Virus record (IMG/VR): IMGVR_UViG_3300015177_000008
Span: 1 to 64,000 of that record
Direction: 5' to 3' (one strand)
DNA from: a virus
Taxonomy: Duplodnaviria > Heunggongvirae > Uroviricota > Caudoviricetes
Length of the DNA stretch: 64,000 nucleotides
Shown: piece after piece, positions 19,959 through 29,513 of the stretch
Numbering within the stretch: the stretch's first letter is position 1
Layout of the letters: every line of letters starts with the position of its first letter
Made by a program: the position numbers and the translations under genes
The notes under the pieces: generated by a model
Told to the model about the DNA's origin: nothing
What the model saw: the letters and a program-made list of their open reading frames with translations, nothing else
Database searches by the model: none

Positions 19959-21533
19959 TCACTCGTTCTCTTGAGTAGATGAGTCCCCATTCCCTCGGGG
20001 TTGATCTTGCCCGCTTTCTTGGGCTGCACCACGATCATAAGTAAGTACTGACTTATTTTCAAGGGTATTTAGATCATTTTTTGGCGGAAAATTCAAGAGA
20101 TCTTTATCAAATTCCTTTTTCATCGCCTCAGTAATGTTCGGGAAAATCTTCTCAATAAGCATTTCCATCTGGTGACGACGTACAGAGCCCGGTGCCTGAA
20201 GTAATGACAGTTTCTCGGCAACAGAAAATTCATCTGTAAGGCCACGAATATCGAAACTTTCTGGATACGCAATTAAAGAGTGGTCTTCGTCCAGATCTAC
20301 CCCCATCCATTTCGCAACCAGTAGCATGATTTGGCGTTCAGCCCTTTCCAGACGCTCTGCTTTTGTGACAAGCAAGCTATTTACACGCTGGAAGTCATAC
20401 ATTTTTGCGGCACCAGATGAGTTATCGATTCCCTGTGCGTTGTCCTGCTTCGTTCGCTCACCAGCTACACCAACTGAATGGTAGATTTCGTTAATCACCG
20501 TCTTAATCGTAGTGATGATCATCTGAGCTTGTTTCGGGTCTGGTGACAGATAAAACGGCTGGTTTCCACCTTCAGAATCGTAGGTGAAGACTCGCTTTGT
20601 GCCCATTTCAAGCACTTTAGTGTGGTTTTCATCACCAGGTAAAAGCGACTGTACCGGTATAGCCAACTGGCTAAATGTCTGATCCTGAATAATGGCATCA
20701 AGGTTTGACAGATAGTTTGCAACCGCACGATCAAGATAAGCGATATCATCGATCAACGATGGGCTGAAATACGGTGATTCACTTTCTCCAATACAATCAA
20801 CAGGAAACACAGGAACTACGCCGAGATTATGCTCACCGCTATCCTCTAAAATAACTTTTGCCTGACGGCGACCTGCTCCACCAGCGCCCTTCTTCACTTC
20901 CTCACGGAACAGATACCACTCGTTTTGTGTCCACAGACGATAACGTTGGTATTCCTGACCTGTAGAAGTAAAAGGATCTGCGTCATCACGAGCGACCTCC
21001 ACAATTAACGCCCACAACATATTCCCGTCGTCGTCCCATGCCACATCCAGCATTTGCTGAGGTGAAATCCAGTAGGCGTAGGCGCGAGCATCTTTCTTTT
21101 TCTCGTCAGCTACTGACTCAACATCACCACTCATCGTGCTATCGACAACAACCCATATGCGACCGTAAATAGACGACTGCAAATCAATAGCGGCCATAAA
21201 TGAGTCAATAGAGGCATTCTGGCGAGTCGCACGTTTCCAGAAATTGCGGATCTGCTCTGGTGCCTCTTCGATATTTCTATGAATGTCTTCTTTAAAGAGA
21301 TATTTGTTGATGAGGTTTACCACCTCACGAGTGTGGTTGAAGCGATAAGCACGCTCAACTCGCTCCTTAAACTCCTGATCTCCCTCTTTAAAGTAACGAA
21401 AGATATTGTCTGTAAACCAACCACGCCCGCCAGCGTAAGTGCTGGCGAGGAAGTCCCAATGTTCTTTTTTCTTTTCGTATTCCGGGTGGCGTCGCGCCAC
21501 CAGATCCTTAATTTGTTTATCGTTCAATTCCAT
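19959..21533 (-). CDS. portal protein
   Basis: 524 aa, position immediately after TerL, acidic C-terminus. Confidence 0.8.
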   Translation of the reverse strand: MELNDKQIKDLVARRHPEYEKKKEHWDFLASTYAGGRGWFTDNIFRYFKEGDQEFKERVERAYRFNHTREVVNLINKYLFKEDIHRNIEEAPEQIRNFWKRATRQNASIDSFMAAIDLQSSIYGRIWVVVDSTMSGDVESVADEKKKDARAYAYWISPQQMLDVAWDDDGNMLWALIVEVARDDADPFTSTGQEYQRYRLWTQNEWYLFREEVKKGAGGAGRRQAKVILEDSGEHNLGVVPVFPVDCIGESESPYFSPSLIDDIAYLDRAVANYLSNLDAIIQDQTFSQLAIPVQSLLPGDENHTKVLEMGTKRVFTYDSEGGNQPFYLSPDPKQAQMIITTIKTVINEIYHSVGVAGERTKQDNAQGIDNSSGAAKMYDFQRVNSLLVTKAERLERAERQIMLLVAKWMGVDLDEDHSLIAYPESFDIRGLTDEFSVAEKLSLLQAPGSVRRHQMEMLIEKIFPNITEAMKKEFDKDLLNFPPKNDLNTLENKSVLTYDRGAAQESGQDQPRGNGDSSTQENE

Positions 21534-21559
21534 TTGAATAACCTTAGATAATTACCTAC

Positions 21560-22816
21560 CTATCGAGAACCACCAAGAATAACACGGTTTTTGACTGGAT
21601 ACCTACGATGTACTGGATAGCCCAATGCGTCTGCACTATGCTCAATGCCACCTGTCTTATCCATATCTCGTGTTCCAGGCTTGTAGATGACTTTTTCCAG
21701 TGAATCAATCAAATGCTTGCACTTCGGATCGATATACAACCGGATATCTCCAGATGCGGTCATCAGCATTCGGTTAACAGCATTAACACGATCCGCAATT
21801 GGCGGGTGCTTTTTCGAATAATCGACACGTAAGAATCCCTTCTCTTTGAAAATGTCGACGTCAGACTCCCCGCGAGCATGTTGGCGATAAGCACCTGCCG
21901 GATCTGGAAATACCGTTATCTGTGATTTCCAGCGCCAGAAGCGTCTCTCAAGCTCATCACAAACCTCTGCCGTGTTAGAGGAAAAGAGCACCAATTCATC
22001 AATTGCCCATAGCTCACCATTTGGCTGAGGTTGCAAAATTACTGAAGACATCGGGTCAATGTTGAAGTCCTGCCCTACCCATATAGGCAACCGAGGGTTG
22101 AACTGAAGCGGTTTTACATGCACGTTACGATCGAACGGGTAGTAAACGCGCCCGGACATGTTCTCAAAGCTCGCCAGGTACTCCTGAGCGAACGATTTCG
22201 GGTCCATATCGTTCTTAGCAGCTTCAATTTCCGCCGTAGGCACAAACGGAGAATCGGCAGTTACAAACTGCCAGCTCTTCCACTGTCCCTTTCTTTGCAG
22301 CTCTACGTTCTGGCCTATAGTCCACAGTTTGTGAAATTCCGAGAAGCCTTTTGGCGTACCAATGATCAGTGCACCGCCGCGTGTCGATGAAAGAGTAGGT
22401 CGTAACACCTTGTACCAGGTGTCAGCCTTCATATCCTGAAATTCATCAAGCACTACAAAATGCAACGCTACGCCGCGCAGAGTGTCAGGCTTATCAGCAC
22501 CTTTGAGGGCGATCTCCGAACCGTTCTTCAACACGATTGTCATCGTGGTGTCGTTCTTTTTCCTAACCCACTTACGAGGCAGAACTTCCTGTAGATCGTC
22601 CCACAAAATCTGGCGAGCCATCTGGTAAGTAGGAGCGACATACCAGACCCTTTGCTTTTTTTCCTTTGCCGCCGCACGAATAATAGTGGAGATCGACAAC
22701 CGGGATTTTCCCCAGCGTCGACCAGCACAAACAACTTTAAATCGATGCGGAGACTGGAAGACTTTCATCTGTCCAGAATGCAGTTGCACAAGACTGAGCG
22801 AGGACGGGATTGCCAT
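21560..22816 (-). CDS. terminase large subunit
   Basis: Walker A GRRWGKS near N-terminus, Walker B VVLDEF, C-terminal nuclease-like acidic motifs. Confidence 0.85.
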   Translation of the reverse strand: MAIPSSLSLVQLHSGQMKVFQSPHRFKVVCAGRRWGKSRLSISTIIRAAAKEKKQRVWYVAPTYQMARQILWDDLQEVLPRKWVRKKNDTTMTIVLKNGSEIALKGADKPDTLRGVALHFVVLDEFQDMKADTWYKVLRPTLSSTRGGALIIGTPKGFSEFHKLWTIGQNVELQRKGQWKSWQFVTADSPFVPTAEIEAAKNDMDPKSFAQEYLASFENMSGRVYYPFDRNVHVKPLQFNPRLPIWVGQDFNIDPMSSVILQPQPNGELWAIDELVLFSSNTAEVCDELERRFWRWKSQITVFPDPAGAYRQHARGESDVDIFKEKGFLRVDYSKKHPPIADRVNAVNRMLMTASGDIRLYIDPKCKHLIDSLEKVIYKPGTRDMDKTGGIEHSADALGYPVHRRYPVKNRVILGGSR

Positions 22817-23448
22817 TATTCGTCCTCCCCTTCACTTCCATCATCTGTCGCATCAAATTCGCTTAGAGCTTCTTCTTCCAACGTCTCAAGCAATTCGTCA
22901 TCGATGATTTCAGGCTCGTCGTCTTCCTGACGTAATTTCGCCACCTGGGAAGGCGTAAGCTCACCAAATACCAGGTTCGGAATTTCTTCCTCGTCATTTT
23001 CCGCATGATCCATGCCCAATGCTTTGGACGAAACTTCAAAGCATTTTGCAAGGGTATTACTGGCTCTCTGTAAGCTCTTGAGAGAATCCTCAATCGCCCC
23101 TAAAGGCTTACCCTCACGTTTGGCCGTAGTGACTTCGACCATCACCATCTGCCCCAACGCATACGCCCAGCCGTCATAACGTGTACGACGTTCTTCTATC
23201 TTTTCCGCACGAGCTTTAGCGCGAAGCTCTGCGTCAGATTTAAGAGACTCACGAACCATCTTCCCAACAGAGTCCGCGCCTTTCTCTAATCCTCGCTTTT
23301 TGAAATGTCTGGAGAGTGTTTCACGACGAATGCCGTACTCTTCCTCCAGCTTTGAGAGTGTATATTCGCCTGACGTCCATTTGGCTTCAGCTTCGGCCCA
23401 CTCCGCTGGTGTCAGGCGAGTTTTTACCTCGTCTTTTTCGACCGTCAT
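22816..23448 (-). CDS. terminase small subunit
   Basis: 210 aa, N-terminal HTH-like segment, acidic C-terminus, stop overlaps TerL start. Confidence 0.6.
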   Translation of the reverse strand: MTVEKDEVKTRLTPAEWAEAEAKWTSGEYTLSKLEEEYGIRRETLSRHFKKRGLEKGADSVGKMVRESLKSDAELRAKARAEKIEERRTRYDGWAYALGQMVMVEVTTAKREGKPLGAIEDSLKSLQRASNTLAKCFEVSSKALGMDHAENDEEEIPNLVFGELTPSQVAKLRQEDDEPEIIDDELLETLEEEALSEFDATDDGSEGEDE

Positions 23449-23544
23449 AGATCCCTCTAAAACACACAGAGCGCGTCCATGCGCTCTAAAACAACTTGTT
23501 TACTGCGTATGCTAACCAACTTGTTTTCTGGGGTGTTTAATTAG

Positions 23545-23641
23545 GTCTGGGCATGTCTTACTAAGCCTGCTTCCGTATATATTTAATAAGTTACTTATTA
23601 TTTATATATACAGAAGCAGGTCTTTAAATAAGCTCCCAGAC
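23545..23641. repeat. ~97-bp composite imperfect palindrome upstream of terS (cos/pac or late-operon regulatory site candidate)
   Basis: Outer arms GGTCTGGG..CCCAGACC, inner arms CCTGCTTCCGTATATAT..ATATATACAGAAGCAGG, central AATAAGT/ACTTATT; shares an exact 22-mer with 57455-57476. Confidence 0.5.
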
Positions 23642-23644
23642 CGA

Positions 23645-23911
23645 TTACATCACCAGTAACTTCGCTTTGGCTCGACCTAAAGTGGTTAACCCAAGAGTCC
23701 GGCGGTGATAGCGATTGTCACTGCGTTGGCGCGTATGCCCTTTCTCCACCAGCCCCTTTTTTATCAGAGCGCGAATTGAGAACTGGATACTTTGCTTTGT
23801 TGTCTTGTACGGCAAAACTTCAAGCAATTCGTCCAGATCAAGTAGATGACCTCGCTCATAACCGAGATTGAGCGTTTTGATGATGTCCTTTTGTTTGTCG
23901 GTTAACGTCAT
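23645..23911 (-). CDS. small winged-helix-like DNA-binding protein (hypothetical)
   Basis: 88 aa, basic, helix-rich; last gene of the ParB operon before the palindrome. Confidence 0.35.
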   Translation of the reverse strand: MTLTDKQKDIIKTLNLGYERGHLLDLDELLEVLPYKTTKQSIQFSIRALIKKGLVEKGHTRQRSDNRYHRRTLGLTTLGRAKAKLLVM

Positions 23912-23920
23912 GGCAAATCC

Positions 23921-24811
23921 TTATGCCGGTAAAGCAATTTCTAACGGTTTATCCAAAGGTTGTTTGTCGAATGCCAGCAGTGGCAGCGTGTCAGGCAGTC
24001 GACGGCCAAAGTCAGGGTTTCGGTACACACCATACAACGGAGACGTAAAGCTCAGGTTGTGAATGTCCTTGAGCAGCTTCACAATGCTGGCCTCGTCCAC
24101 CAGACTGTCGGCAATGTCCTGAATCGTCGTGCCACGATTCCGCCCAGCTTTTGCCAGGGAACTGTTCTTGTGGTAGTCCGCCACCAGATCACGCAGTGCA
24201 CGGCGACGACGAGACTCGCTCATTGCGAACAACTCTTTGACGATCGCCTCGTTATCACCCGGGTCAGAACGGAAATGGCGCTGGAATACACGCAGTGCAC
24301 TTTCATAGCTCTTCGGTCGCTCAGGGCGGATGAACTTAAACCCTGCTTTCATGGCGAAGGGATTGTATTTGCTCATCGAGGACTGGATCTCAATGATTGG
24401 CCGGTCATGCATCCTGCTAACCAGGTTAATCATTCGATAAGAGACGCCTACGCCACGATACTGAGTATCCACAACTGAGCGACTGATCACCGCAAAGTTG
24501 TTATTCACGTACCGACCCCAGTACTGGTTAGCCACGGTGGTATTAGTGGTTGGTTTCAACTTAGGAAACATGCGGTGGCGAGGTGCCAACAGTAGTTTCG
24601 GGTAAGCCATAACCACGACGCCCACCAGACGGTCATCAAGTTCGCAGCGATAGTAAGTTGGCGCGAAAGGTTTGCCGTCTGTTTTGTAGTGAAGCGACTT
24701 AAGAGCGTGCCAGTCCTCTACAGTTCCCTTTGTAACAGTCATTCGCTCCAGAAAGTCCAGATGACGCGGAAACTCTTCAGGGCGGTAGCGTTTAATGATG
24801 ATGTCCGTCAT
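23921..24811 (-). CDS. GNAT-fold acetyl/acyltransferase domain protein with ~120-aa C-terminal extension
   Basis: GNAT motif A (VVDTQYRGVGVSYRMINL) followed by beta5-like NPFAMKAGFKFI; 4-nt overlap with upstream ATPase gene. Confidence 0.5.
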   Translation of the reverse strand: MTDIIIKRYRPEEFPRHLDFLERMTVTKGTVEDWHALKSLHYKTDGKPFAPTYYRCELDDRLVGVVVMAYPKLLLAPRHRMFPKLKPTTNTTVANQYWGRYVNNNFAVISRSVVDTQYRGVGVSYRMINLVSRMHDRPIIEIQSSMSKYNPFAMKAGFKFIRPERPKSYESALRVFQRHFRSDPGDNEAIVKELFAMSESRRRRALRDLVADYHKNSSLAKAGRNRGTTIQDIADSLVDEASIVKLLKDIHNLSFTSPLYGVYRNPDFGRRLPDTLPLLAFDKQPLDKPLEIALPA

Positions 24812-25473
24812 AAATGAACCTCATCATGACTACCATTGTGATATTCCACCTTCACGCGTTCTTTGTAGTGCTTGGTGATCTGCATATCCGGGCGCAGCGC
24901 GTTCTTCAGGTCTTCGTGAGTCGTCGCCACCATTACCGTCGCACCAACCTTTCGAGCGGCACGCTGGAGGTTAGATGCCACAACCTGAGCGGTTACACGG
25001 TCTAGAACAGCACCGAACTCGTCAGCAGCCCACACTTTAGCGCCTGACTCAATCAGTTTGGCAATCTTGAGACGATATTTCTGGCCGTCTGACATTTCAG
25101 AAGGCTTGCGAACAAACAGATATGCATCGTTCAGACCAGCCATAGATAACAACCCAAGCGCATCACTGGTCGTTTTGCCCAACTGATCGATGACGTTAAC
25201 CTCATTATCGAAGGTAAAATCATCGATGGAGGCTACAGAAAGCCCTTCATCCTTCATCTGGCGTTGCAACTCGCGCAGCACAACGGATTTGCCAGAACCG
25301 GATTGGCCGGTGATGTACACCACATCGCCCTGCTTCACTTCCAGCTCCAGATTGTCGTAAAGCGTCCACTCTTTTTCGTCCAGGCCAAGCCCGAACGACT
25401 CAGCGATTTCCAACGTGCGCGTGGTTTTATTTACGCGTGTCTGAAACGATACGTTGATGATGTATTTGCTCAT
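24808..25473 (-). CDS. stand-alone ABC-type ATPase
   Basis: Walker A GQSGSGKS, signature-like MSDGQKYRL, Walker B VWAADEF, H-loop ATTHEDL; no transmembrane domain. Confidence 0.6.
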   Translation of the reverse strand: MSKYIINVSFQTRVNKTTRTLEIAESFGLGLDEKEWTLYDNLELEVKQGDVVYITGQSGSGKSVVLRELQRQMKDEGLSVASIDDFTFDNEVNVIDQLGKTTSDALGLLSMAGLNDAYLFVRKPSEMSDGQKYRLKIAKLIESGAKVWAADEFGAVLDRVTAQVVASNLQRAARKVGATVMVATTHEDLKNALRPDMQITKHYKERVKVEYHNGSHDEVHL

Positions 25474-26138
25474 GCAGCCATCTCCCCGGAAGAGATCTTC
25501 TCCGCATATGCCACAAATGCGTCTACCCCGCTTTCTCCCGTCATTTCTTCCATGTGGGCAAGCAAATCACCAACAACAATGGCAGAGCCAGCAGGGAGCG
25601 TTTTAAAGCCCAATACGTCGACAACACGTACTTCTTCCGCTGCAACTTCACGACTGATCTCGGTGTGTTCATCCTTCTGTCGTTTAGTTTCTTCGCCAAG
25701 ATCGATAACTAGCGAATCGGTGTCCATTTCTTCTGTCATACTGCCAACGAGAACATTCAACTCACGCTCTTCAAAGCCGAAAACCTCGATATCGTCCAGA
25801 ACAAGCGACTCAAGCTCTTTCTGTAGCTTAATTGCATCGTAATCAATGCTGGCAAGTCGGTTATCTTCAAGGCGCTTCGCACGAACCTCGTCATCACTGA
25901 GATCATCGCGAACAATAACCGGTACGCGCTCAAGTCCAGCAAAAATTGCAGCCTCACGGCGGCCGTGGCCAGTAATAATTACGTCGTTCTTATCGACCGT
26001 AATTGGCTGGTCAAATCCGCGCTTTTTAATGGCTGCGGCCAGATCTCGGATCTGCTGTTCATCATGCTTTTTGGCATTCATCTCATAGGGAATAAGATCT
26101 GCCGGGTCGCGATATACGATTTCAAACTTTTTGGTCAT
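25470..26138 (-). CDS. ParB-like nuclease domain (ParB/Srx N-terminal domain) protein
   Basis: ITGHGRREAA motif; start moved to ATG at 26136-26138, which overlaps the stop of the upstream gene (TAATG). Confidence 0.6.
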   Translation of the reverse strand: MTKKFEIVYRDPADLIPYEMNAKKHDEQQIRDLAAAIKKRGFDQPITVDKNDVIITGHGRREAAIFAGLERVPVIVRDDLSDDEVRAKRLEDNRLASIDYDAIKLQKELESLVLDDIEVFGFEERELNVLVGSMTEEMDTDSLVIDLGEETKRQKDEHTEISREVAAEEVRVVDVLGFKTLPAGSAIVVGDLLAHMEEMTGESGVDAFVAYAEKISSGEMAA

Positions 26139-26836
26139 TACATACGCTCCTTGTAGTAGTCGACCAGCCACACCAGAGCCTCACCAGCGTTCTCCATTTC
26201 ATTACCGGTGTTAATAGCCTGCTCTTTGATGATGTTTTTTATGGTTTCTGCAACACGATCTGACGCATCGAAAGTTACTTTGAAGCGCATGGTCTGATGT
26301 TCCGCACCCACACGTTCGGTTTTCTCTCGTTTGTCGGTATCGACAGGCTCATCACTACCACGAGACAACGCCTCCAGTGCTTCAAGGTCGATTGCCGCCT
26401 CTTTTGCTAAAACCATCGAGATTTCGTCGTCATACGGGGCGATTTCAGACAGTTGATAGTCAAGTTCTGACTGAATTTCTTCAATGAAGCGTTGCAATGC
26501 GATTTGGTCGTCTTCACCGTATCGCTCGTTGTCCACCAGTGACATCTGTTTAGCTACGACATCGCTAATTTTGCCCACAGAAAGCACCGGAACCGTTGAA
26601 ATTCCTTGCTCAATAGCAGCACGCCAGCGATGTTCGCCGCCGAGGATTTCAAAAAATCCATCTTCAAGTTCACGAGCCAAAATTGGCTTAAAAAAGCCCA
26701 ATTTTTCGATAGAACCTTTCAGTTTTTCAAAATTCTGCGCACCAACCGAATTGGTGTTCCAGGTATTCGGGCGAAGGTTGGCAACATCAACCTGCAAAAT
26801 CGTGATTTTTACATCCATTTTATTGCTACAATCCAC
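26138..26836 (-). CDS. ParB-like nuclease domain protein (second paralogue)
   Basis: ILGGEHRWRAA motif; true start probably the internal Met at about 26818. Confidence 0.6.
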   Translation of the reverse strand: MDCSNKMDVKITILQVDVANLRPNTWNTNSVGAQNFEKLKGSIEKLGFFKPILARELEDGFFEILGGEHRWRAAIEQGISTVPVLSVGKISDVVAKQMSLVDNERYGEDDQIALQRFIEEIQSELDYQLSEIAPYDDEISMVLAKEAAIDLEALEALSRGSDEPVDTDKREKTERVGAEHQTMRFKVTFDASDRVAETIKNIIKEQAINTGNEMENAGEALVWLVDYYKERM

Positions 26837-26900
26837 TAAGTAATCACTTACTTATTATAATAGCCAAATAACATACAAAAGGCACTAAGGAAAGAGGTTT

Positions 26901-28460
26901 ATGACTGTTCGGATTGTATCTAACGCAGTAAATGCGCTTATTTCTGGCGCAGATGACAAGGTAAAGCAACTGGTGCAGCAAATGTTGAGCTACGAAGTCG
27001 AGACTGGCGACTGGAAGGGCACAAGCACGATGTTCAACTGGAGTAAAAACTCGTTCCCTGCTGGCTTTGCCAAGCCTGTAGCGGCGAACTTGAACAAGGC
27101 GGGCATCAAATGTGTTCATATCCGCAAAGACAAAGCCCCGGCGCTTGGAAAGCCAAATCCGGCGGTTAACCCATTCCCATACAATCCTGATTATGCATAT
27201 CAGGATCAGGCTGTGGAAACACTAGTTCGCGAGGGAATGATGATTGCCCAGATCGCTACTGGTGGTGGGAAATCTAACGTTGCCTGCAAAGCAGCTGCAC
27301 GTATCGGTCGAATGACATTATTTTTAACAACCCGCTCTGTTCTGATGTTTCAAATGGCCGAAAACTTCCAGAGATCCATCGACTACCGCGCCGAAAATGG
27401 CGAACCGTGGTTAAAGGACCAAAAGGTTGGAGTCATTGGCTCGGGTGAGTTCCAGGTATCACGACATATCAACGTCGCTACAGTTCAAACTCTTGCAAGT
27501 TTCCTCGAAGAACCACCACGCGATGCAACACCAGATAAGAAAAGCTACCACCTCAAACGTCGGGAGTTGGTGAAACGCTTCCTTTCAAGTGTCTCTCTTC
27601 TTATTCTGGAAGAGGCGCATGAGTCTTCAGGCTCAAATTTCTATGACATCGCCAGATTATGTGTGAACGCAGACTATCGTCTGGCGCTTACAGCCACGCC
27701 GTTCATGAAGGATTCGACGGAAGCCAACATGCGCCTGATGGCGGTGGCCGGGCGAATTGAAATTAAAGTCACAGAAAAGTACCTGATTGATAGAGGCATT
27801 CTGGCAAAACCATACTTCCTTTATCATAAAGTTGCCTACAAGCCGGACGAGGCCAGAATCAAGGCAGAACTTGCCAACAAATACCTCAATTTTAGAGTAG
27901 GTATGAGCACTGCCTACCAAAAGGCTTATCAGTTGGGGATCGTGTATAATTTGGGACGTAATGAGGCCATTGTTCGCGAAGCATTGCTCTATAAGCAACA
28001 TTCTCTCAATTGTATGACTCTGGTTCGTCTTAAACGCCACGGGCAAATCCTGATGGAAATGATGAAAGAGTCCGGCCTTAGAGTTGACTTCATTTATGGG
28101 GAATCGAACCAGTCGACAAGGCAAGCAAAGCTGAACAGTTTAGCGTCTGGCGACATAGATGTTTTAATAGGCTCGACTATTCTGGATGTCGGTGTTGATG
28201 TGCCAAGCGTTGGTGCGGTCATTCTGGCTGGTGGTGGGAAAGCAGAAGTTGAAATGAGGCAGCGTGTCGGTCGTGGCTTACGAGCCAAGAAGAATCAGGC
28301 AAACGTGTGTTTTATCACTGATTTCATTGACACTAGCAACAAATACCTGTTGTCTCACTCTTATGAGCGAAAACACATCATCGACACCACACCTGGCTTT
28401 GCGGAAGGTGTATTGCCTGTTGATGGCGCATTCGATTTTGGAATTCTGAAACGAGATTAG
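26901..28460 (+). CDS. SF2 DEAD/DEAH-box helicase (ResIII-like plus helicase C-terminal domain)
   Basis: Walker A ATGGGKS, DExH ILEEAH, motif III LTATP, motif VI QRVGRGLR; TATAAT -10 at about 26856 overlapped by a TAAGTAA-tcac-TTACTTA palindrome. Confidence 0.8.
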   Translation: MTVRIVSNAVNALISGADDKVKQLVQQMLSYEVETGDWKGTSTMFNWSKNSFPAGFAKPVAANLNKAGIKCVHIRKDKAPALGKPNPAVNPFPYNPDYAYQDQAVETLVREGMMIAQIATGGGKSNVACKAAARIGRMTLFLTTRSVLMFQMAENFQRSIDYRAENGEPWLKDQKVGVIGSGEFQVSRHINVATVQTLASFLEEPPRDATPDKKSYHLKRRELVKRFLSSVSLLILEEAHESSGSNFYDIARLCVNADYRLALTATPFMKDSTEANMRLMAVAGRIEIKVTEKYLIDRGILAKPYFLYHKVAYKPDEARIKAELANKYLNFRVGMSTAYQKAYQLGIVYNLGRNEAIVREALLYKQHSLNCMTLVRLKRHGQILMEMMKESGLRVDFIYGESNQSTRQAKLNSLASGDIDVLIGSTILDVGVDVPSVGAVILAGGGKAEVEMRQRVGRGLRAKKNQANVCFITDFIDTSNKYLLSHSYERKHIIDTTPGFAEGVLPVDGAFDFGILKRD

Positions 28461-28462
28461 TT

Positions 28463-28741
28463 ATGAGCGAAAAAAAAACAACTTATTGCCAAGTGGCATT
28501 GTCTGATAAGGCCAATGAAAAACTTGGAAAATTTCAAATAAAACTCAAAGAGAAAAAAATCAAGATGTCTAAGGCTGAAGTTATCAATGCCATTCTGGAG
28601 ACGATGACTATGGCTGAATTTGACAAAGTCACATCTGCCGTTGGGGTTTCCGCTAAGACGCGTGAGAAAATCATGCGCATCTATGAAAACTCCAATATGA
28701 CAAAAAAAGATTTAGAGGAAATACTGAGCAGGTTGCCGTAA
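28463..28741 (+). CDS. small basic protein, possible ribbon-helix-helix regulator
   Basis: 92 aa, starts 3 nt after the helicase stop. Confidence 0.35.
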   Translation: MSEKKTTYCQVALSDKANEKLGKFQIKLKEKKIKMSKAEVINAILETMTMAEFDKVTSAVGVSAKTREKIMRIYENSNMTKKDLEEILSRLP

Positions 28742-28806
28742 CATTTCATATTTACCCCCTATCTACTAATTCTATGATGTGCTCACTTGTTAGAAAGGAG
28801 CACATC

Positions 28807-29373
28807 ATGAGTTGGTTAAAAGAATTATCATTTGTTGACACCACTGGCGCTAAGAAAAATCATTCTTTCTGGAAAGTCAGCGATCCTTCTGATTTTCTTG
28901 TTGGCGCTAATGCTGCTTTTGAATTGCTTAACTTTTATCAACGTTATCCTGAAATGAAACACAGTCCACTCCTGTACAGAATAACAAACGATATGAATAG
29001 GTCTGGTTTATTATCAAGTGAGTCAGCGAAAGGCTTTTTTAGCAAAATTACGCCACACATATCATTCGATGCAGCAAACGAAATTGATTATCTATCCACG
29101 AAACCTCAAGAACAATTATCTGTACCACCTGAGAAAAAAGAAAGACGAATTGCCAGCATTGAAAATATATCGAAAGAGCTTCGCACAACAACGTTGAGGC
29201 TGCTGAACTTTCTTACGCTACTTAATTGGATAGATGATCAAACATTGATTCCATCAACCGATGCGTTGGATAACAGAGTCCTTCGTCTAAACAAAAAATC
29301 GCAATTTGGTTTTGTGTTCACCAAAAAAGGTGAAGATTTAATCAAAAGAAAATATAGATTATTGAATGATTAA
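28807..29373 (+). CDS. hypothetical protein (AT-rich moron)
   Basis: Start set at ATG 28807 preceded by AGGAG; low GC. Confidence 0.4.
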   Translation: MSWLKELSFVDTTGAKKNHSFWKVSDPSDFLVGANAAFELLNFYQRYPEMKHSPLLYRITNDMNRSGLLSSESAKGFFSKITPHISFDAANEIDYLSTKPQEQLSVPPEKKERRIASIENISKELRTTTLRLLNFLTLLNWIDDQTLIPSTDALDNRVLRLNKKSQFGFVFTKKGEDLIKRKYRLLND

Positions 29374-29380
29374 TAGTCTA

Positions 29381-29428
29381 CATGCAGGTGTATGAGAGCA
29401 CCTGCATGTGACATTCGTCACATTTTTT
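29381..29428 (+). terminator. hairpin terminator
   Basis: CATGCAGGTG..CACCTGCATG stem, second short hairpin and T-run. Confidence 0.4.
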
Positions 29429-29513
29429 GAAATGTACACCTCCGGCTGAAAAAATTTCTTGATTGGCTGAACGATATTTGTAGGCTCCGCCTCCGAAGAA
29501 ATTCGGAGGATAT

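Noticed and set aside
23570-23620. LexA SOS box within the terS-proximal palindrome
   Set aside because: The half-sites resemble CTGTATAT/ATATACAG, but the arms are about 38 bp apart rather than the 10-bp spacing of a LexA box.
28090-28112. tRNA T-loop-like GGTTCGATTCC sequence on the minus strand
   Set aside because: Lies inside the helicase coding sequence and has no flanking acceptor or anticodon stem structure.
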